Counted from the stretch's first letter, positions 18,721 to 29,117 are shown. The stretch is DNA of 64,000 nucleotides from Limnochordia bacterium (GCA_050951545.1 JBMNJG010000007.1:320001-384000), one strand, 5' to 3'. Made by a program: numbers and translations. Notes: a model not told the origin generated them from the letters alone.

Positions 18721-19977
18721 GTGATGCGCCTGTTACATACAGCCGATTGGCATCTGGGACGCAGTCTTGAGGGACGAAGTAGGCGGCCTGAACAGGAGCA
18801 TATGGTGGACGAGCTATGTACCCTGGCGGAAGATGAAGGGGTTCACCTGGTGATGATTGCTGGTGACGTCTTTGATTCGGCCAATCCGCCCGCGTTTGCA
18901 GAAGAGCTGTTCTACGAGGCGCTTAGCCGATTGAGCTCGGGCGGCAAGCGTGGCGTGTTGGTCATTGCTGGTAATCACGACAATCCCGAGCGGCTCTGCG
19001 CCTCGGCTCCCTTGGCTGTGCGGCAGAATGTAGTGCTCTTGGGCAAGCCAGGCGACGTGGCCCTAGTCTCGTCGGCGGGGCGTGGCCCTGTCGTAGCCAG
19101 TGGCCCGGGCTGGTGTGAGTATGCTTTCGCCTCAGGTCCCGATGGTACTGTTGAGCGGGTGATTGTGGCCGCCTTGCCCTATCCCTCTCAGGCGCGGCTT
19201 GACGAAGCACTAGTCAGCACTATCGAAGACGAGCAAGCCACCCGCAGTGCCTACTCGGCGCGGGTGGGTGCAGCCTTTGCGGCTGCGGCCGGATTGTTCC
19301 GCACCGATACCGTGAATCTAGCAGTCTCCCATCTCTACGTGGCAGGCGGAGTTGAGACCGACTCTGAACGTCCCGTCCAGGTCGGTGGGGCTTATACCGT
19401 TGACCCTGTGGCTTTGCCAGCGAATGCTCAGTACGTTGCCCTAGGTCATCTGCATCGTCCTCAGGCCGTGGGGGGCATTCAACCAGCGCGCTATGCCGGC
19501 TCGCCTTTGGCCTACAGCTTCTCTGAGGCAGGGCAGGCCAAGTCCGCCACTTTGGTGGAGGCATCACCACAGCAGATGGCATGGCGTGAGATTCACCTCA
19601 GTGCAGGGCGACCGCTTGTGCGCTGGCGAGCTACTGAAGGGTTGGGGCAAGTCGAGCGGTGGTGCACTGATGGCCGCGATGCTCAGGCTTGGATCGATCT
19701 GGAGATTCACCTAGTCTCACCATTGACTCCCGAAGAGCTGCACAGGCTGCGGCGTCTCCATCGCGGCTTGGTTACGATCCGGCCCGTTTTTGCGGCACAG
19801 GAAGTGGCCGCCGCTGGCGAAGGTGCAGCGGATGGGAAGGCTCTCACACAGGAAGAGCAGTTTCGTCGCTTCTACGCGATGCGTCGTCAGGGCGCAGAGC
19901 CAGCGCTGGAGACCGTCAAGTTGTTCTTGGATCTGCTCGCCGAAGCGCTAGACGAGTCAGGGGGTGGCGATCTGTGA
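18721..19977 (+). CDS. sbcD: Exonuclease SbcCD subunit D (Mre11-like metallophosphoesterase)
   Basis: HTADWHLG, AGDVFD, GNHD, SHLY, LGHLH, YAGSP..YSFSE. Confidence 0.95.
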   Translation: MMRLLHTADWHLGRSLEGRSRRPEQEHMVDELCTLAEDEGVHLVMIAGDVFDSANPPAFAEELFYEALSRLSSGGKRGVLVIAGNHDNPERLCASAPLAVRQNVVLLGKPGDVALVSSAGRGPVVASGPGWCEYAFASGPDGTVERVIVAALPYPSQARLDEALVSTIEDEQATRSAYSARVGAAFAAAAGLFRTDTVNLAVSHLYVAGGVETDSERPVQVGGAYTVDPVALPANAQYVALGHLHRPQAVGGIQPARYAGSPLAYSFSEAGQAKSATLVEASPQQMAWREIHLSAGRPLVRWRATEGLGQVERWCTDGRDAQAWIDLEIHLVSPLTPEELHRLRRLHRGLVTIRPVFAAQEVAAAGEGAADGKALTQEEQFRRFYAMRRQGAEPALETVKLFLDLLAEALDESGGGDL

Positions 19978-22900
19978 AGCCGGTCTTCCTACGTTTTGCA
20001 GGTTTGCATAGCTACATAGATGAGCAGCAAGTCGACTTCCCGAGACTACTGGGAGCTGGCGTATTCGGCATCTTCGGTCCTACCGGAAGCGGCAAGTCCA
20101 CGATTCTCGATGCCATGACTTTGGCGCTGTACGGATCGGTTGACCGGGCAGCGCATAACACCCAGGGGATTATCAACCACGACAGTGATCAACTCGCTGT
20201 CGCCTATACCTTTGAGCTAAGTGACGCTTCTGCGACGCGCCGTTACCGAGCGGAGCGCACGTTTCGCAGGGGAAAGAGCTTCGACTCCGTGGAGGCTGTT
20301 CAGGCTCGATTTGTGGAACTCGATCGAGGTGAGCCTGGAGAGGAGGATGTCCTCCATGTCCTGGCCGATAAGGCTCGCGCCGTGACGGCTCAGGTGGAGG
20401 AAATACTGGGACTTACGCTCGGTGACTTCACGCGGGCAGTCGTGCTTCCACAGGGCAAATTCGCAGAGTTCCTGGCCCTACAGGGAGCGGAGCGGCGCAG
20501 TATGTTACAACGCCTGTTCGGTCTAGAGATCTACGGTGACAGGCTGTGCGAGCGTGTGCGGGTGCGCCTCCAGACTGTCAGTGGGGAGCTGGGCAGCGTG
20601 CGGGCTGCCCTCAGCGAACTCGGGGAGGCCTCTAGCGAGGTGCTTGCCGAGGCACGCTCCAGGCTTGAGGAGGCGGAGCAGACACAGGCCGTGGCTGTCG
20701 CTGCCGCAGAGGAGGTGCAACGGAAAGTCGAGAAATGGCAACGGGTGTGGGAATGGCAGGGCGAATTGGCCAAGGTAAGTCATGATGAGCAGCAACTGGA
20801 CAAGCGACGGGTGCAGATTGAGGCTATGCAGCGCGAACTCGGTGATGCAGAGCGTGCAGAGCGTGTGCGCACACCCTTGCAGACGTTTTCAGAGGCTCGC
20901 CGACGGCGAGAGGAAGCGATAGCCAGCGAGAATGTCGCTCGGGATCACGAAAAACAGGCTCGGGAAGTGCTGGAGCGTGCAGCGACTGCACGACAAGCGG
21001 CGGAGACAGACTACGTGACCGAGTCGCCGGAGCTGTTTCGGAGGCAAGCAGAGTTGCGCACAGCTCTTGAGCAGCAAAGAAAAAGGACCCAGCTGGCCAA
21101 CGCCCTCTCCTCCCTGGAAGAGGAGATCAGTCGGCTGGCGAAGTCATTTCAGGAGCTGGAGAAGTCGGGAGCTAGAGCAGCGGGTGAAGCAGCCGAGGCG
21201 GAGAAGCAACTGCAGAGGGTACAAGAGCAAGTCGCACAGCGCACGGTGGATCCGGACGAACGGAGGCGCCTGACCGCGGCCGTGGCGGCGCTGCGCCGCT
21301 ATGCGGATGCTCGGCAGCAGCTGGTGCGGGAGCAACAGACCAAGGAAGACGACGAGAAAGCCCTGTTCGAAGCTGAGCTTGGGGCTACCGAGGCCCAGGC
21401 TTTGGCTCACGAGCTGCAGGATGCTGACAAAGAGAGTGAGGAGCGTCTTGCCGATCACCTGCACAAGAGGCCATGGCAAAGAGAGGAGCTCGAGTTTCGG
21501 CGCCGAGCTCTTCATGCTGATATGCGCACCGCTGAGCGGGTTCTGGTTCTTCTTTCGGAGTTGAGCAAAGTGGCTCTGGGGTTGGAGGGACTGCAGGCGG
21601 AGGTCGCTGACAGCCGTGACGCTGAGGCAGCTGCCAGAGCATCATTGGCAGCATGTGAGCTTGCCTGGCAGGAGGCACAGGAGCGCCTGCGGGTGGCCCT
21701 TGAGGAGCAAGAGGCTGCCCACCAGAAGGATCTGGCGGCCACACTGGCGATTCATCTTCGGCGGGGTGAGGCTTGTCCGGTATGCGGATCGAAGGCGCAC
21801 CCCCGGCCCAGTTCGGGTCATGCGGGCGAGGCTATAGCGGTCATCAAGCAGCGAGTTGAGGAGTGTCAAAAGGAGGCCGATCAGGCCAACCAGGCGTTTG
21901 CCAAAGCCAAAGAGAGCCATATCACGAAAAGCAGCGCGCGGCAGTCCATCGAGGAGAGGCAGACGCAAGTGGCCGTAGACTACCAGCGCTTGCATGAACA
22001 GCTTGCACATGCAAGAGCTCCATTGCCCAAAACATGGCGCACGATGAACGCCTCAGAACTCGCGCAGGAGATCGCACAGTCAGAGCAGAGCTTCAAGGAG
22101 CACGAGGAGGCCTTGCAGCGCTGGGAAGTGGAGCAAGAGCAGCTGGAGAAGGCGCGCCAGCTGTTAGCCAAGGATGTAGCTGCCGCTGAGAGGAAACAAG
22201 CCAGCACTGATGCCCAACATGACAGCGCCCGCAAGGCACACGCTTCAGCCTGCGCGCGGGTGGCTGACGCGCAAGAGCGCTGTACGGATATGGAGGCAGA
22301 GCTACGTGAGTTGAGCGCTGGTGCCTCTCCGGAAGAGATATGTCATGCTGCTCAGCGCTTGGAGCGATGGGACAAGGAACTGCAGACACTGCGAAAACGG
22401 GCAGCAGCATATGAAAAGCAAGCGAAAGAAGCTGCTCATCGCATTGAGCAGGTGCGCCAGGCCCGCGAGCAGTTGGGGCGTGACATCGCCATCGCCCAAG
22501 AACGCCGCCAAGGCGCGGTGCAGCAAGATGAGCAACTCGCAGCAGAGATTGCTCGCCTCGTTGGGCCCGGGATGGCTCCGGAAGAGGTTGCACGGGAGGT
22601 GGCGGAGCGCCTGCAGGCACTCGCCGATGCTCGCGATAGCACAGCTCAGGCTGAAGAGCAGGCCCAAGGGCAATGGCAGCAGGCTGCACAGACTCATGCT
22701 GGGGCGACTGAGCGTCTGCAGGGGGCCATTGAACGCGAAAACAGTGCGCACCTGGCTATCAAGCAAGCGCTGGCAGACGCTGGTTTTGCCACGGTGCAAG
22801 AGGCCGAAGGGGCTCTGCTTTCCGAGGCTGACCAAAAGAGCCTGCATATGCAGATCGATGACTATCACCAAAGCTGGCTCAGGCTACAGAGTGAGCGTCA

Positions 22901-23606
22901 GCGGCTGGAGCGTCTGCTCGGTGGGCGCAGCTTGTCGCAGCAGGAATGGGAGGGGTGGCGGGAGCGCTTGGCTGGTGCGCAGGCTACTCGTGATACCGCC
23001 TTGCAGGAGTGCGCTGTGGCAGCGACTACCTGGTGCGAACTGAAGGCCAGGCATGAGCGGTGGCAGGAGCTAGTGCAGCAAGAGGCTTCTTTGTCGGAGC
23101 TTGCTGGTAGACTAAGCGACTTGCGGTCAATCTTTGCGGGCGGCGCCTTCGTGGATTTCCTGGCCCAGGAGCAGTTGAACCAGGTCTTAGATGATGCCTC
23201 CATGCATTTGGGGCAGCTCACGCACTATCGCTATGCCCTGGAGGCCGGTTCTGATGGTAGCTTTGTGATCCGTGACGATCTGAACGGTGGCTATAAGCGC
23301 ACAGTGAACACGCTCTCGGGGGGAGAGACCTTCTTGGCCTCACTGGCCTTGGCACTGGCTTTGTCGTCACAGATTCAGCTCAGAGGTCGGTTCCCCTTAG
23401 AGTTCTTCTTCTTAGACGAGGGTTTTGGTTCCCTGGATCAAGAGACGCTAGACATCGTGATGACGGCTCTAGAACGGTTGCATGTCGGCCATTTGCATGT
23501 GGGAGTCATTAGCCACGTGCAAGAGCTGCGCAATCGCATACAGCGCAGTCTCACAGTATTACCCGCGATTGCCGGCGAGAGGGGCAGTCAGATACGCATG
23601 GCTTGA
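19974..23606 (+). CDS. sbcC: Exonuclease SbcCD subunit C (Rad50-like SMC ATPase)
   Basis: Walker A GPTGSGKS, LPQG, long coiled coil, CPVCGS zinc hook, LSGGE, LDEGFG, ISH; GTG overlaps the sbcD stop. Confidence 0.95.
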   Translation: MKPVFLRFAGLHSYIDEQQVDFPRLLGAGVFGIFGPTGSGKSTILDAMTLALYGSVDRAAHNTQGIINHDSDQLAVAYTFELSDASATRRYRAERTFRRGKSFDSVEAVQARFVELDRGEPGEEDVLHVLADKARAVTAQVEEILGLTLGDFTRAVVLPQGKFAEFLALQGAERRSMLQRLFGLEIYGDRLCERVRVRLQTVSGELGSVRAALSELGEASSEVLAEARSRLEEAEQTQAVAVAAAEEVQRKVEKWQRVWEWQGELAKVSHDEQQLDKRRVQIEAMQRELGDAERAERVRTPLQTFSEARRRREEAIASENVARDHEKQAREVLERAATARQAAETDYVTESPELFRRQAELRTALEQQRKRTQLANALSSLEEEISRLAKSFQELEKSGARAAGEAAEAEKQLQRVQEQVAQRTVDPDERRRLTAAVAALRRYADARQQLVREQQTKEDDEKALFEAELGATEAQALAHELQDADKESEERLADHLHKRPWQREELEFRRRALHADMRTAERVLVLLSELSKVALGLEGLQAEVADSRDAEAAARASLAACELAWQEAQERLRVALEEQEAAHQKDLAATLAIHLRRGEACPVCGSKAHPRPSSGHAGEAIAVIKQRVEECQKEADQANQAFAKAKESHITKSSARQSIEERQTQVAVDYQRLHEQLAHARAPLPKTWRTMNASELAQEIAQSEQSFKEHEEALQRWEVEQEQLEKARQLLAKDVAAAERKQASTDAQHDSARKAHASACARVADAQERCTDMEAELRELSAGASPEEICHAAQRLERWDKELQTLRKRAAAYEKQAKEAAHRIEQVRQAREQLGRDIAIAQERRQGAVQQDEQLAAEIARLVGPGMAPEEVAREVAERLQALADARDSTAQAEEQAQGQWQQAAQTHAGATERLQGAIERENSAHLAIKQALADAGFATVQEAEGALLSEADQKSLHMQIDDYHQSWLRLQSERQRLERLLGGRSLSQQEWEGWRERLAGAQATRDTALQECAVAATTWCELKARHERWQELVQQEASLSELAGRLSDLRSIFAGGAFVDFLAQEQLNQVLDDASMHLGQLTHYRYALEAGSDGSFVIRDDLNGGYKRTVNTLSGGETFLASLALALALSSQIQLRGRFPLEFFFLDEGFGSLDQETLDIVMTALERLHVGHLHVGVISHVQELRNRIQRSLTVLPAIAGERGSQIRMA

Positions 23607-23630
23607 TTCTGTGGTGGACAGGAGTGATCA

Positions 23631-24356
23631 GTGATGGTGAAGGTGGTGGCCCACCGGGGGTTCTCTGCCAAGTATCCCGAGAACACGATACGAGCCTTTC
23701 GAGCGGCCCTCGATCTTGATGTCGATATGGTGGAGTTTGATGTGCACCTGACCCAAGATGAGGAGCCAGTGATCATCCATGATGCTACGGTCGACAGGAC
23801 CTCGAATGGTCGGGGTCGAGTGGAAGGGATGACACTGGCTCAGATCCAGGCCCTAGATGCTGGCAGTTGGCTGAGCCCAGATTTCGCGGGGGAGCGTATC
23901 CCGACGTTGTCCGCAGTGCTTGATCTTCTCGGCGGGCGGGTGCGACTAAACATTCATCTGAAGGCGTATGCCTCCACGCGGGCGGTATTGGTACCTCGAG
24001 TGATCGACGAGCTGGCGCAGCGCCAGCTTTTTGAGGAGTGTTTTATCGCCTCCGATGAGGAGACGCTGAAACGGGCCAAGCAGACTCGCTCTGAACTGGC
24101 GATCTGTAACCTGAGCACGAAGCCTCTGGAGACCTACATCGCCCGTTCGCGGGCCATCGGCTGTCATATCTTGCAGCCGGGAAACCGACAAGTGACGCCG
24201 CAGCTGGTCGAGGAGGCACACAGTTACGCTATGGAGGTCAATCCGTTCTACGCTGACGATACGGATGAAATGCGTCGGCTGATAGGATGTGGGGTTGATG
24301 GCATTCTTACGAATCGCCCGGACGTGTTAGTGCAGGTTCGGGCTGGAAAGCTCTAG
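23631..24356 (+). CDS. Glycerophosphodiester phosphodiesterase family protein
   Basis: AHRG, PENT, EFDV, HD, DRT, GVDGILTNRP. Confidence 0.9.
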   Translation: MMVKVVAHRGFSAKYPENTIRAFRAALDLDVDMVEFDVHLTQDEEPVIIHDATVDRTSNGRGRVEGMTLAQIQALDAGSWLSPDFAGERIPTLSAVLDLLGGRVRLNIHLKAYASTRAVLVPRVIDELAQRQLFEECFIASDEETLKRAKQTRSELAICNLSTKPLETYIARSRAIGCHILQPGNRQVTPQLVEEAHSYAMEVNPFYADDTDEMRRLIGCGVDGILTNRPDVLVQVRAGKL

Positions 24357-24367
24357 ACGCTAAGGCA

Positions 24368-24389
24368 GGGACCGACATCTGTCGGTCCC
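24368..24389. terminator. Bidirectional terminator hairpin
   Basis: GGGACCGAC-ATCT-GTCGGTCCC. Confidence 0.65.
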
Positions 24390-24423
24390 CAAGAGCCAAT
24401 CTGCACGACTGCTATGCCTCACT

Positions 24424-25692
24424 CTATTTCGTTCGGGCTAGGTCCCTAATGACCGCGTTTGCTTGAGCTTCCATGGTCTCTAGCGCACTCTTTATGGCGA
24501 TCTCCCCCCAGATGGCGGCCATCCCCTGCCTGTCTATCGGAGCCCAGATGTCGTTGTTGATCGGCCAAGGCGAGCGAGCCTTCTCGACATCGAGTAAGAG
24601 CGACTGGCGATGAGTGGGGGCTTGACGACCGGGGATCCAGGCTGACTGGATGACCCTGAGGCTGGGTGGGATATTGCCTACGATTTCGACTCGGCGACGT
24701 AGGGCGTCCGTGGTGGTGAAGTAGCGTAGGACCTCCCACGCCACATCCTTGTGCTCAGATGAGCTGAACATGAACCAACCGATGGCGTTGATGAAGGGGA
24801 TTCTGCCCCCATCGCCGCTTGGCAGAGGCGCTACGTCCCATTTGAAGGAATTGATGGCGCTGTAGTGGGCGATGGAGATAGAGTTGGTCTGTACCATAGC
24901 TAGCTTGCCAGCCATGAAACCATTGGTGACGTCGATTCTACCGTGATTCTGTTTGTCAGGCACTACGCCGAAGCGGACGAGGTCGTGGAGATACTCAAAC
25001 CCAGCGGCCACCTTGTCGGTGTTGCCGGTAAAGCGGGTCGGTTGGGTCCAGCTATCGAACAGCTCGCCGCCATGCGCCCATATAGTAGGCAGGAAGTTGC
25101 GTCCGTTCGGAATGCGAAAGCCGTAGCGGGCAACAGAGCCGTCAGCAGCACGCTGTGTCAAACGACGGGCTGCATTCAGAAAACCCTCTTGATTCCAGTC
25201 TACACTCGGCAGGGCCAAGCCTGATTCGTGAAAGGCGTCTTCGTGATAAAAAATGCCTGTGACTTGCAGATCCTGTGGTAGACCATATACTGCGTTGCCC
25301 AAGCGGTATAGATCCAACGCTGACGGATACCAATCGGCGAACTGCGCCCGAGCGGTCCCTATGTAGGGGCTTAGATTCTCTAGGGTGCCATCGCTGCCCC
25401 ACTGTACAACGAGCCAGGGATCCATATAGCCGATATCTAGTGGAAGACCAGCGGCCAACATGGCCCGCATTTTAGGCACGAGACCCGATCCAGCAGTGCT
25501 GACAAGCTCAATAGTCGCGTTTGGATGGGAGGCCTCGAACTTCGCTTTCATCTCCTCTTGCCATTGCAGATGGGTGTCACGAGATTCGGCAATCATCGTG
25601 ATCTTGACGGAGGCGGCACCCGAGACAGCTGTTAGCAGAGCGACTGCTAGCGACACGCACAGTATTGTTCGTCGTGAAAGTGTTCTTCGCAA
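24424..25692 (-). CDS. ABC transporter sugar-binding protein (family 1)
   Basis: Signal peptide; AAGLPLDI, YGLPQD, FMAGKLAM, WDVAPLP, SEHKDVAWE. Confidence 0.9.
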   Translation of the reverse strand: MRRTLSRRTILCVSLAVALLTAVSGAASVKITMIAESRDTHLQWQEEMKAKFEASHPNATIELVSTAGSGLVPKMRAMLAAGLPLDIGYMDPWLVVQWGSDGTLENLSPYIGTARAQFADWYPSALDLYRLGNAVYGLPQDLQVTGIFYHEDAFHESGLALPSVDWNQEGFLNAARRLTQRAADGSVARYGFRIPNGRNFLPTIWAHGGELFDSWTQPTRFTGNTDKVAAGFEYLHDLVRFGVVPDKQNHGRIDVTNGFMAGKLAMVQTNSISIAHYSAINSFKWDVAPLPSGDGGRIPFINAIGWFMFSSSEHKDVAWEVLRYFTTTDALRRRVEIVGNIPPSLRVIQSAWIPGRQAPTHRQSLLLDVEKARSPWPINNDIWAPIDRQGMAAIWGEIAIKSALETMEAQANAVIRDLARTK

Positions 25693-25749
25693 AGAGCTTC
25701 CCCCTGAATGACGATGTGATCAAGGGATTCCCCCCCTCAGCAACAGAGT

Positions 25750-25788
25750 AGGCAAGGAGATGAGGGTGTTAGCCCCCCATCTCCGCCT
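25750..25788 (-). terminator. Hairpin between the oxidoreductase and SBP genes (terminator or attenuator)
   Basis: AGGCAAGGAGATG...CATCTCCGCCT inverted repeat. Confidence 0.45.
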
Positions 25789-25805
25789 GGTGTGAGAGGT
25801 GCCTA

Positions 25806-26834
25806 TTAGGCCAATGGTAGACGTACTGGCTTGCCAGTTTTTGCTGACTGCTCTATGGCAAAGCAGGCCTCCATTGTCTTTGCAGCATCATTGATATCGG
25901 TGTGTGAAGGCTCTCCCTTGAGGAGGCAATCAATGAAGTAGTCTATCTGTGCCTTGAAGGGGTGATGTGTTACATCCCCGCTGTCGGGTAGGATGGTCGG
26001 GTACTCGAGATAGTTGGACTGTCCGGGGTACTTGTGAGAGAAGACCTTGTTGTTACGAATGGTGCCCTTCTCTCCGAGCAGTTGAACGTTAAAGATGTAG
26101 GGTGTCGTGCATTCTAGCATCGACGAGATCTTGCCGGTGGCTCCGCTGGTAAAGCGCAGCAGGGCTACGGTATTCGGTTCAAACTCGTAATCGCTTCCGG
26201 GGAAGCCTGGCACTGAGTAGCTAAAGACCTCTTCAATCTCGCCACCAAACCATCGCAAGGCGTCTACCGCATGGCAGCCAGCGGAGAGCAGACTGCTGCC
26301 TCCTGCCTCTTTGGTGCGGGACCAGGCGTACTGCCCGTAGTGAGGACCAATCCAATGCCAGTAGTCACATTCTAGATACATAAGCTTGCCGACAGCGTCA
26401 TCTTCTAGCAGCTGCTTGGTGGTCTCAAACATGGGATTCCAACGTAGCACAAAACTAACCACTGTGGAGACTTTCGCTTCCTGGATGGCTTTTTGCATGC
26501 GCCGGACGTCTTGTATGTTCATAGCGACGGGTTTTTCAATGACGATATGTTTGCCCGCGGAGGCAGCAGCAATCACCTGTTCAGCATGCACAGGTGGGGG
26601 AGAACAGATTGAGACTATGTCGATATCGGGGTCCGCAAGAAGCGCATCAAAGGTACTGTAGGTAATGCCTTTGACGCCATACTCGTCGAGCTTTGCCGTC
26701 GCACGTTCGGGGGTACGGCTGTAGATACCGACCATTCGGGCGTTCTCGTTTGATGCATACGCCTTGATGTGTTCACCTGACACCCAGCCAGCTCCCACAA
26801 CTCCCACGCCATAAGTTCGTTTGCTTGTCGCCAT
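25806..26834 (-). CDS. Gfo/Idh/MocA family oxidoreductase
   Basis: VGAGWVS, SPPPVH, IEKP, GCHAVD; paralog of the 3710 gene; start 26834 chosen from the RBS. Confidence 0.9.
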   Translation of the reverse strand: MATSKRTYGVGVVGAGWVSGEHIKAYASNENARMVGIYSRTPERATAKLDEYGVKGITYSTFDALLADPDIDIVSICSPPPVHAEQVIAAASAGKHIVIEKPVAMNIQDVRRMQKAIQEAKVSTVVSFVLRWNPMFETTKQLLEDDAVGKLMYLECDYWHWIGPHYGQYAWSRTKEAGGSSLLSAGCHAVDALRWFGGEIEEVFSYSVPGFPGSDYEFEPNTVALLRFTSGATGKISSMLECTTPYIFNVQLLGEKGTIRNNKVFSHKYPGQSNYLEYPTILPDSGDVTHHPFKAQIDYFIDCLLKGEPSHTDINDAAKTMEACFAIEQSAKTGKPVRLPLA

Positions 26835-26875
26835 AGCGTTCTCTCCCTTTGTGGATTTCTTGTTCATCTTTAAGC

Positions 26876-26985
26876 ATACGCCGATGAAGGTAGACTTCCT
26901 GCTTCGGAGGTCTTGATAGCTGGGTGACCGCTGTGACCGCGTGGTCGGTTCTTGTGGAGAAGGAAACCTGATGTGTCAGAGGAAT
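26876..26985. promoter_or_regulatory. Back-to-back SigH-like promoters (minus strand 26876-26902, plus strand 26959-26985)
   Basis: GCAGG-N18-GTAT (minus) and GAAGG-N18-GAAT (plus). Confidence 0.55.
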
Positions 26986-27083
26986 GTGCATGTGTAAACA
27001 GCAATTCATAGAAGTACGCGTGTAGACGGCCAACTACGCGCGGAAGGAGATCCAAGATTGCGAGAACAAGGGGGAGAGGCTGC

Positions 27084-28139
27084 GTGGCATATCGTGTGCT
27101 GATCGCTGGTTTGGGTTCGAGAGCGAAAGGTCACCTAGAGGGCATACGAAGGACTGGCGGTATCGAAGCTGTCGCCGGGGTAGATCCCGATGGCATCAGA
27201 CGTGAGCAATGGCAGAGCGCCTATGGCTTTGAGTGTAGCGGCAACTTGGAGGCCATGATAGAGAAGTATCGGCCTGATGTAGTATCCATCTGTACTGGTG
27301 AGAAACCGCGTTACTCCGTGGCTTGCGCTGCCATGGACCTAGGTGTCAAGAGTCTTGTACTAGAGAAACCTATGGCAGCTTCCGTGTCCCAGGCCCGTGA
27401 TCTGATGTCTCGGGCAGACAAACTGGGGGTCAGGGTTGTCGTCTCACACCAAATGCGCTTCGCAGACGAGTTTGTGGCTGCCAAACAGGCCATCGAGCGA
27501 GGAGATATCGGTCAGCCCTATTTCCTACGAGCCAGCTCTTACGGTCAGCTTATGGAACAGGGGCCCCACATGATAGACATGCTGCTGTACCTGCTGGGCG
27601 ACGAGTCTGGAAACGGGAATCCTGCAGAATGGGTGATGGGCCAAGTGGCCGACCGAGAAGAGGGCCTTTCTACGGTTCATCAGGCCCCAGCCTTTACCAC
27701 TGGCTACATCCGTTTCCGGGGTAACGTTCGGGCTACTGTCGAATGCGGCCGTAGTTTTGCCCCTTCTGTCGAGTACGTGAAAGGCGAATCCATATGGCTG
27801 CAGAAGCGTGTACAGGTGTTGGGGACGGAAGGGATGGTTGATTCCGTCGTCAGTCATTGGTGCCGCCTATTCAACCGGGACGGGGCGAAAACACTGGCTG
27901 AAGGGCCGCACGGCTGGGACGGAGCGACAATAGCTCTCTATGGCGAACTGGTGGAGGTTCTCAGAGACGGAGGGGAGCATCGCTGCAACGGTCGGGTCTC
28001 CTTGGCTGGTTTTGAGATCATTCATGCTATCTATGAGTCTGCCGTGCGCGGCGATAAGGTGACATTGCCGCTTGAAATTGGAGAGGAGCCACTGTCCATT
28101 TTGATGGCCCCTGTACGTCGTCAAGAACAAGCAGGCTGA
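27084..28139 (+). CDS. Gfo/Idh/MocA family oxidoreductase
   Basis: AGLGSRA, LEKPMA, HQMRF, EQGPHMID. Confidence 0.88.
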   Translation: MAYRVLIAGLGSRAKGHLEGIRRTGGIEAVAGVDPDGIRREQWQSAYGFECSGNLEAMIEKYRPDVVSICTGEKPRYSVACAAMDLGVKSLVLEKPMAASVSQARDLMSRADKLGVRVVVSHQMRFADEFVAAKQAIERGDIGQPYFLRASSYGQLMEQGPHMIDMLLYLLGDESGNGNPAEWVMGQVADREEGLSTVHQAPAFTTGYIRFRGNVRATVECGRSFAPSVEYVKGESIWLQKRVQVLGTEGMVDSVVSHWCRLFNRDGAKTLAEGPHGWDGATIALYGELVEVLRDGGEHRCNGRVSLAGFEIIHAIYESAVRGDKVTLPLEIGEEPLSILMAPVRRQEQAG

Positions 28140-28167
28140 TTTCACACCAGATAAGGGAGGCGTTGAT

Positions 28168-29073
28168 GTGAAGAGGATTGCCCTAGTGGGGGGCGCGGGA
28201 GCCTATCACGGTGGTGCTTTTGCGAGTCTGTACAACGGTTTTTCCGAGGAGAAGTACAAAGAGATGGGCTGGGCCGGGCGCGGCATTCGCCGTCGTGTTG
28301 AGGGAGCTCAGATCGTCAAGATATGGGACGAGAGTAAACAGACCGCCGAAGCGCTTGCTGCTGCTTGCGATATCCCAGAGGTTTGCGACAACCTCGAAGA
28401 GGCGGCTGAAGGGATCGACGGAGTTATCATCACTGATGATATGACTATGGCTCATCAGCGTCGGGCACCGTTCTTCTTGCAGAAGGGAGTTCCGACGCTA
28501 ATCGATAAGCCGCTGTCACCAGACCCTACCGAAGCCAAGGAGCTTATCAAGCTGGCCAGGGCTCATGGTACCTTGTTGCTATCGTCGTCGGCCTTGCGCT
28601 ACGCACAGGAGGTTGAAGAGCTCAAGAGCGAACTCGACCAGCTCGGTCCTATTGCGCTAGCCACGACTATGTGTGGCGGCGATCTCGTCTATTATGGTAT
28701 CCACGCCCTTGAGTTGGCCTACTCAGTCATGGGACCTGGTGTGGAATCACTGATCAGTGTGGGCAACGAGGAGAAAGCTGACATCGTGCGCCTGCGCTAC
28801 TCGGATGGCCGGCAGTTGGTCTTGATGGTGGGTCGGCGCGGTGTTACCGCCTCCGGTTTCCAGCTCACTGTGCATGGCAGTAAGCGCTCATCGTCGATTC
28901 AGGTTAGGGACTCGGGGTATTTCTATTGGAATTTGCATTGTCAGTTCGTGCAGATGATAGAGACTGGTCAACTGCCAGTTCCACTCGAGGAGACACTGGA
29001 GATCATCACGGTATTAGCCGAAGCGAAGAGCGTGCGTGGTGAAGAGCGCCCCATCAGTATCAATCTGTCCTAG
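28168..29073 (+). CDS. Gfo/Idh/MocA-like oxidoreductase (DKP variant)
   Basis: ALVG, IDKPLS, SSSALRY, YYGIHALE. Confidence 0.8.
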   Translation: MKRIALVGGAGAYHGGAFASLYNGFSEEKYKEMGWAGRGIRRRVEGAQIVKIWDESKQTAEALAAACDIPEVCDNLEEAAEGIDGVIITDDMTMAHQRRAPFFLQKGVPTLIDKPLSPDPTEAKELIKLARAHGTLLLSSSALRYAQEVEELKSELDQLGPIALATTMCGGDLVYYGIHALELAYSVMGPGVESLISVGNEEKADIVRLRYSDGRQLVLMVGRRGVTASGFQLTVHGSKRSSSIQVRDSGYFYWNLHCQFVQMIETGQLPVPLEETLEIITVLAEAKSVRGEERPISINLS

Positions 29074-29089
29074 CAGTAGCTCCATATGT

Positions 29090-29117
29090 GTGCCCGGCCT
29101 AGGAGCCGGGCACCTTC
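29090..29117 (+). terminator. Intrinsic terminator
   Basis: GTGCCCGGC-loop-GCCGGGCAC then CTTC. Confidence 0.6.

Noticed and set aside
19689-19973. N-terminal extension of SbcC in the ORF track
   Set aside because: Overlaps sbcD; the real start is GTG 19974 with RBS GGGGGTGG and GTGA coupling
18721-23606. SMC-like ATPase plus nuclease as a defence system (Lamassu/Wadjet-like)
   Set aside because: Canonical sbcD-sbcC order, zinc hook and Mre11 motifs; no effector or accessory genes
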